Source of the DNA: Eledone cirrhosa
Taxonomy: Eukaryota
Direction: 5' to 3'
DNA: 64,000 nucleotides
NCBI GenBank assembly: GCA_964016885.1
Contig: OZ024743.1
Coordinates: 242,358,001 to 242,422,000, forward strand
The notes below the pieces were generated by a model, which did not search any database, had not been told where the DNA came from, and saw only the letters and a program-made list of their open reading frames with translations. The translations under genes were made by a program, and so were the position numbers. Of the stretch, positions 54,950 to 64,000 are shown piece after piece (within the stretch, counting starts at the first letter, position 1; every line of letters begins with the position of its first letter).

Positions 54950-57900
54950 CAATGATATACACTAACATATACATGATACACTCGCAACACATACACAATG
55001 ATATACACTAACATATACATGATACACGCACAACACATACACAAAATGATATACACTAACATATACATGATACACTCGCAACACATACACACAATGACAT
55101 ACACTAACATATACAAGATACACTCACAACACATACACACAATGACATACACTAACATATACATGATACACTCGCAACACATACACACAATGATATACAC
55201 TAAAATATACATGATACACTCGCAACACACACACAATGACATACACTAACATATACATGATACACTCGCAACACATACACACAATGACATACACTAACAT
55301 ATACATGATACACTCGCAACACATAGACACAATGATATATACTAACATATACATGATACACTCACAACACATACACACAATGATATACACTAACATATAC
55401 ATGATACACTCGCAACACACACACAATGACATACACTAACATATACATGATACACTCGCAACACATACACAATGATATACACTAACATATACATGATACA
55501 CTCGCAACACATACACACAATGATATACACTAACATATACATGATACACTCGCAACACATACACACAATGACATACACTAACATATACATGATACACTCG
55601 CAACACATACACACAATGACATACACTAACATATACATGATACACTCGCAACACATACACACAATGACATACACTAACATATACATGATACACTCGCAAC
55701 ACATACACACAATGACATACACTAACATATATATGATACACTCGCAACACATACACACAATGACATACACTAACATATACATGATACACTCGCAACACAT
55801 AGACACAATGATATATACTAACATATACATGATACAGTCACAACACATACACACAATGACATACACTAACATATACATGATACACTCGCAACACATACAC
55901 ACAATGATATATACTAACATATACATGATACACTCGCAACACATACACAATGATATACACTAACATATAAATGATACACTCACAACATACACACAATGAT
56001 ATACACTAACATATACATGATACACTCGCAACACATACACAATGATATACACTAACATATACATGATACACTGGCAACACATACACACAATGACATACAC
56101 TAACATATACATGATACACTCGCAACACATACACACAATGATATACACTAACATATACATGATACACTCGCAACACACACACAATGACAAACACTAACAT
56201 ATACATGATACACTCGCAACACATAGACACAATGATATACACTAACATATACATGATACACTCACAACACATACACACAATGACATACACTAACATATAC
56301 ATGATACACTCGCAACACATACACACAATGATATACACTAATATATACATGATACACTCGCAACACATAGACACAATGATATACACTAACATATACATGA
56401 TACACTCACAACACATACACACATTGACATACACTAACATATACATGATACACTCGCAACACATACACACAATGATATACACTAACATATACATGATACA
56501 CTCGCAACACATACACACAATGATATACACTAACATATACATGATACACTCGCAACACATACACACAATGACAAACACTAACATATACATGATACACTCG
56601 CAACACATAGACACAATGATATACACTAACATATACAAGATACACTCGCAACACATACACAATGATATACACTAACATATATATGATACACTCACAACAC
56701 ATACACACAATGACAGACACTAACATATACATGATACACTCGCAACACATACACACAATGATATACACTAACATATACATGATACACTCGCAACACACAC
56801 ACAATGACATACACTAACATATACATGATACACTCGCAACACATACGCAATGATATACACTAACATATACATGATACACTCGCAACACATACACACAATG
56901 ATATACACTAACATATACATGATACACTCGCAACACATACACACAATGACATACACTAACATATACAAGATACACTCGCAACACATACACACAATGACAT
57001 ACACTAACATATACATGATACACTCGCAGCACATACACACAATGACATACACTAACATATACATGATACACTCGCAACACATACACACAATGATATACAC
57101 TAACATATACATGATACACTCGCAACACATACACACAATGACATAGACTAACATATACATGATACACTCGCAACACATACACACAATGACATACACTAAC
57201 ATATACAATGATATATACTAACATATACATGATACACTCGCAACACATACAAAATGATATACACTAACATATACATGATACACTCACAACATACACACAA
57301 TGATATACACTAACATATACATGATACACTCGCAACACATACACAATGATATACACTAACATATACATGATACACGCACAACACATACACAAAATGATAT
57401 ACACTAACATATACATGATACACTCGCAACACATACACACAATGATATACACTAAAATATACATGATACACTCGCAACACACACACAATGACATACACTA
57501 ACATATACATGATACACTCGCAACACATACACACAATGACATACACTAACATATACATGATACACTCGCAACACATAGACACAATGATATATACTAACAT
57601 ATACATGATACACTCACAACACATACACACAATCACATACACTAACATATACATGATACACTCGCAACACATACACACAATGATATACACTAACATATAC
57701 ATGATACACTCGCAACACACACACAATGACAAACACTAACATATACATGATACACTCGCAACACATAGACACAATGATATACACTAACATATACATGATA
57801 CACTCACAACACATACACCCAATGACATACACTAACATATACATGATACACTCGCAACACATACACACAATGATATACACTAACATATACATGATACACT

Positions 57901-60900
57901 CGCAACACACACACAATGACATACACTAACATATACATGATACACTCGCAACACATACACAATGATATACACTAACATATACATGATACACTCGCAACAC
58001 ATACACACAATGATATACACTAACATATACATGATACACTCGCAACACATACACACAATGACATACACTAACATATACATGATACACTCGCAACACATAC
58101 ACACAATGACATACACTAACATATACATGATACACTCGCAACACATACACACAATGACATACACTAACATATACATGATACACTCGCAACACATACACAC
58201 AATGACATACACTAACATATACATGATACACTCGCAACACATACACACAATGACATACACTAACATATACATGATACACTCGCAACACATAGACACAATG
58301 ATATATACTAACATATACATGATACAGTCACAACACATACACACAATGACATACACTAACATATACATGATAGACTCGCAACACATACACACAATGATAT
58401 ATACTAACATATACATGATACACTCGCAACACATACACAATGATATACACTAACATATAAATGATACACTCACAACATACACACAATGATATACACTAAC
58501 ATATACATGATACACTCGCAACACATACACAATGATATACACTAACATATACATGATACACTGGCAACACATACACACAATGACATACACTAACATATAC
58601 ATGATACACTCGCAACACATACACACAATGATATACACTAACATATACATGATACACTCGCAACACACACACAATGACAAACACTAACATATACATGATA
58701 CACTCGCAACACATAGACACAATGATATACACTAACATATACATGATACACTCACAACACATACACACAATGACATACACTAACATATACATGATACACT
58801 CGCAACACATACACACAATGATATACACTAATATATACATGATACACTCGCAACACATAGACACAATGATATACACTAACATATACATGATACACTCACA
58901 ACACATACACACATTGACATACACTAACATATACATGATACACTCGCAACACATACACACAATGATATACACTAACATATACATGATACACTCGCAACAC
59001 ATACACACAATGATATACACTAACATATACATGATACACTCGCAACACATACACACAATGACAAACACTAACATATACATGATACACTCGCAACACATAG
59101 ACACAATGATATACACTAACATATACAAGATACACTCGCAACACATACACAATGATATACACTAACATATATATGATACACTCACAACACATACACACAA
59201 TGACAGACACTAACATATACATGATACACTCGCAACACATACACACAATGATATACACTAACATATACATGATACACTCGCAACACACACACAATGACAT
59301 ACACTAACATATACATGATACACTCGCAACACATACGCAATGATATACACTAACATATACATGATACACTCGCAACACATACACACAATGATATACACTA
59401 ACATATACATGATACACTCGCAACACATACACACAATGACATACACTAACATATACAAGATACACTCGCAACACATACACACAATGACATACACTAACAT
59501 ATACATGATACACTCGCAGCACATACACACAATGACATACACTAACATATACATGATACACTCGCAACACATACACACAATGACATACACTAACATATAC
59601 ATGATACACTCGCAACACATACACACAATGACATACACTAACATATATATGATACACTCGCAACACATACACACAATGATATACACTAACATATACAAGA
59701 TACACTCGCAACACATACACAATGATATACACTAACATATATATGATACACTCGCAACACATACACACAATGATATATACTAACATATACATGATACACA
59801 CGCAACACACACACAATGACAAACACTAACATATACATGATACACTCGCAACACATAGACACAATGATATACACTAACATATACATGATACACTCGCAAC
59901 ACATACACACAATGATATACACTAACATATACATGATACACTCGCAACACATACACACAATGACATACACTAACATATACATGATACACTCGCAACACAT
60001 ACACACAATGACATACACTAACATATACATGATACACTCGCAACACATACACACAATGACATACACTAACATATACATGATACACTCGCAACACATACAC
60101 ACAATGACATACACTAACATATATATGATACACTCGCAACACATACACACAATGACATACACTAACATATACATGATACACTCGCAACACATAGACACAA
60201 TGATATATACTAACATATACATGATACAGTCACAACACATACACACAATGACATACACTAACATATACATGATACACTCGCAACACATACACACAATGAT
60301 ATATACTAACATATACATGATACACTCGCAACACATACACAATGATATACACTAACATATAAATGATACACTCACAACATACACACAATGATATACACTA
60401 ACATATACATGATACACTCGCAACACATACACAATGATATACACTAACATATACATGATACACTGGCAACACATACACACAATGACATACACTAACATAT
60501 ACATGATACACTCGCAACACATACACACAATGATATACACTAACATATACATGATACACTCGCAACACACACACAATGACAAACACTAACATATACATGA
60601 TACACTCGCAACACATAGACACAATGATATACACTAACATATACATGATACACTCACAACACATACACACAATGACATACACTAACATATACATGATACA
60701 CTCGCAACACATACACACAATGATATACACTAATATATACATGATACACTCGCAACACATAGACACAATGATATACACTAACATATACATGATACACTCA
60801 CAACACATACACACATTGACATACACTAACATATACATGATACACTCGCAACACATACACACAATGATATACACTAACATATACATGATACACTCGCAAC

Positions 60901-63900
60901 ACATACACACAATGATATACACTAACATATACATGATACACTCGCAACACATACACACAATGACAAACACTAACATATACATGATACACTCGCAACACAT
61001 AGACACAATGATATACACTAACATATACAAGATACACTCGCAACACATACACAATGATATACACTAACATATATATGATACACTCACAACACATACACAC
61101 AATGACAGACACTAACATATACATGATACACTCGCAACACATACACACAATGATATACACTAACATATACATGATACACTCGCAACACACACACAATGAC
61201 ATACACTAACATATACATGATACACTCGCAACACATACGCAATGATATACACTAACATATACATGATACACTCGCAACACATACACACAATGATATACAC
61301 TAACATATACATGATACACTCGCAACACATACACACAATGACATACACTAACATATACAAGATACACTCGCAACACATACACACAATGACATACACTAAC
61401 ATATACATGATACACTCGCAGCACATACACACAATGACATACACTAACATATACATGATACACTCGCAACACATACACACAATGATATACACTAACATAT
61501 ACATGATACACTCGCAACACATACACACAATGACATAGACTAACATATACATGATACACTCGCAACACATACACACAATGACATACACTAACATATACAA
61601 TGATATATACTAACATATACATGATACACTCGCAACACATACAAAATGATATACACTAACATATACATGATACACTCACAACATACACACAATGATATAC
61701 ACTAACATATACATGATACACTCGCAACACATACACAATGATATACACTAACATATACATGATACACGCACAACACATACACAAAATGATATACACTAAC
61801 ATATACATGATACACTCGCAACACATACACACAATGACATACACTAACATATACAAGATACACTCACAACACATACACACAATGACATACACTAACATAT
61901 ACATGATACACTCGCAACACATACACACAATGATATACACTAAAATATACATGATACACTCGCAACACACACACAATGACATACACTAACATATACATGA
62001 TACACTCGCAACACATACACACAATGACATACACTAACATATACATGATACACTCGCAACACATAGACACAATGATATATACTAACATATACATGATACA
62101 CTCACAACACATACACACAATCACATACACTAACATATACATGATACACTCGCAACACATACACACAATGATATACACTAACATATACATGATACACTCG
62201 CAACACACACACAATGACAAACACTAACATATACATGATACACTCGCAACACATAGACACAATGATATACACTAACATATACATGATACACTCACAACAC
62301 ATACACCCAATGACATACACTAACATATACATGATACACTCGCAACACATACACACAATGATATACACTAACATATACATGATACACTCGCAACACACAC
62401 ACAATGACATACACTAACATATACATGATACACTCGCAACACATACACAATGATATACACTAACATATACATGATACACTCGCAACACATACACACAATG
62501 ATATACACTAACATATACATGATACACTCGCAACACATACACACAATGACATACACTAACATATACATGATACACTCGCAACACATACACACAATGACAT
62601 ACACTAACATATACATGATACACTCGCAACACATACACACAATGACATACACTAACATATACATGATACACTCGCAACACATACACACAATGACATACAC
62701 TAACATATACATGATACACTCGCAACACATACACACAATGACATACACTAACATATACATGATACACTCGCAACACATAGACACAATGATATATACTAAC
62801 ATATACATGATACAGTCACAACACATACACACAATGACATACACTAACATATACATGATAGACTCGCAACACATACACACAATGATATATACTAACATAT
62901 ACATGATACACTCGCAACACATACACAATGATATACACTAACATATAAATGATACACTCACAACATACACACAATGATATACACTAACATATACATGATA
63001 CACTCGCAACACATACACAATGATATACACTAACATATACATGATACACTGGCAACACATACACACAATGACATACACTAACATATACATGATACACTCG
63101 CAACACATACACACAATGATATACACTAACATATACATGATACACTCGCAACACACACACAATGACAAACACTAACATATACATGATACACTCGCAACAC
63201 ATAGACACAATGATATACACTAACATATACATGATACACTCACAACACATACACACAATGACATACACTAACATATACATGATACACTCGCAACACATAC
63301 ACACAATGATATACACTAATATATACATGATACACTCGCAACACATAGACACAATGATATACACTAACATATACATGATACACTCACAACACATACACAC
63401 ATTGACATACACTAACATATACATGATACACTCGCAACACATACACACAATGATATACACTAACATATACATGATACACTCGCAACACATACACACAATG
63501 ATATACACTAACATATACATGATACACTCGCAACACATACACACAATGACAAACACTAACATATACATGATACACTCGCAACACATAGACACAATGATAT
63601 ACACTAACATATACAAGATACACTCGCAACACATACACAATGATATACACTAACATATATATGATACACTCACAACACATACACACAATGACAGACACTA
63701 ACATATACATGATACACTCGCAACACATACACACAATGATATACACTAACATATACATGATACACTCGCAACACACACACAATGACATACACTAACATAT
63801 ACATGATACACTCGCAACACATACGCAATGATATACACTAACATATACATGATACACTCGCAACACATACACACAATGATATACACTAACATATACATGA

Positions 63901-64000
63901 TACACTCGCAACACATACACACAATGACATACACTAACATATACAAGATACACTCGCAACACATACACACAATGACATACACTAACATATACATGATACA
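54950..64000. repeat. Distal domain of higher-order units (spacings 2490, 1902, 2586 bp; 4488-bp super-period)
   Basis: Identical 163-aa ORFs at 56184, 58674, 60576 and 63162 carry the ACATTGAC variant. The pair 57962/62450 shares the GATAGACT variant. Confidence 0.87.

Larger units (their letters stand above)
1..64000. repeat. 48-bp tandem satellite array, about 1,350 monomers, single orientation, open at both ends
   Basis: The consensus ATGAYATACACTAACATATACATGATACACTCGCAACACATACACACA recurs on every line (e.g. monomers at 20, 68, 116, 164). The ORF track shows the same 16-aa period throughout. No non-repeat interruption was seen. Confidence 0.99.

Noticed and set aside
20-63653. + strand ORFs encoding (MTYTNIYMIHSQHIHT)n, up to 259 aa
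   Set aside because: A 48-bp unit without a stop in one frame gives ORFs automatically. Frequent 46- and 22-bp monomers shift the frame and TAG/TAA variants are amplified freely. There are no unique termini, so no sign of coding constraint.
50-63994. - strand Cys/Val-rich ORFs (MCCECIMYMLVYVIVC)n and (VYVLRVYHVYVSVCHC)n, superficially like metallothionein or membrane proteins
   Set aside because: These are translations of TG-rich repeat DNA. ORFs switch between the two peptide frames at 2-bp deletions, and there is no domain structure.
1-64000. CRISPR array
   Set aside because: There are no unique spacers, since both halves of the unit are repeated. There is no leader and no cas gene.
1-64000. 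Telomerase-synthesised telomeric repeat (TG-rich strand)
   Set aside because: The unit is longer than known telomerase-templated repeats and lacks G runs. Multi-kb duplicated variant patterns indicate recombinational or replicative amplification. A subtelomeric location is not excluded.
1-64000. Mitochondrial control-region repeat (TACAT, TAS-like motif)
   Set aside because: TACAT is expected by chance in this composition. The array is far larger than typical control-region repeats and no mitochondrial genes are present.
1-64000. Rolling-circle or sequencing concatemer artefact
   Set aside because: Variants recur in ordered, nested, domain-specific patterns rather than as random errors or one fixed period. 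Exact block copy numbers still need read validation.
1-64000. Embedded transposon, inversion, RNA gene or promoter
   Set aside because: No non-repeat or reverse-orientation segment was found on reading through. TATA-like and CATG words are just parts of the monomer.

Overview
The whole 64-kb window is one uninterrupted head-to-tail satellite array. The monomer is 48 bp, consensus ATGAYATACACTAACATATAC-ATGATACACTCGCAACACATACACACA (Y = C or T; the C form has 22 A, 14 C, 9 T, 3 G). There are roughly 1,350 copies (estimated from length), all in one orientation, and the array runs off both window edges. I see no unique sequence, transposon, RNA gene, CRISPR array or credible protein-coding gene: every listed ORF is a reading of the repeat. 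The structure that is present is internal to the array. The monomer is a diverged dimer. Length variants are 46 bp (three different 2-bp deletions) and a 22-bp half-monomer seen 23 times. Diagnostic point variants reveal nested higher-order duplications at 142, 190, 332, 1900, 1946, 2350, 2388, 2490, 2758, 2822, 3602, 3880/3882, 3936, 4488, 5154 and 10360 bp, and the period changes along the array. This is most consistent with a young, actively turning-over eukaryotic heterochromatic satellite (centromeric, pericentromeric or subtelomeric), but that is inference. I cannot identify the organism or repeat family, and I found no support for a novel gene-based system. Offsets come from ORF-track coordinates and variants read by eye, so block boundaries are approximate.
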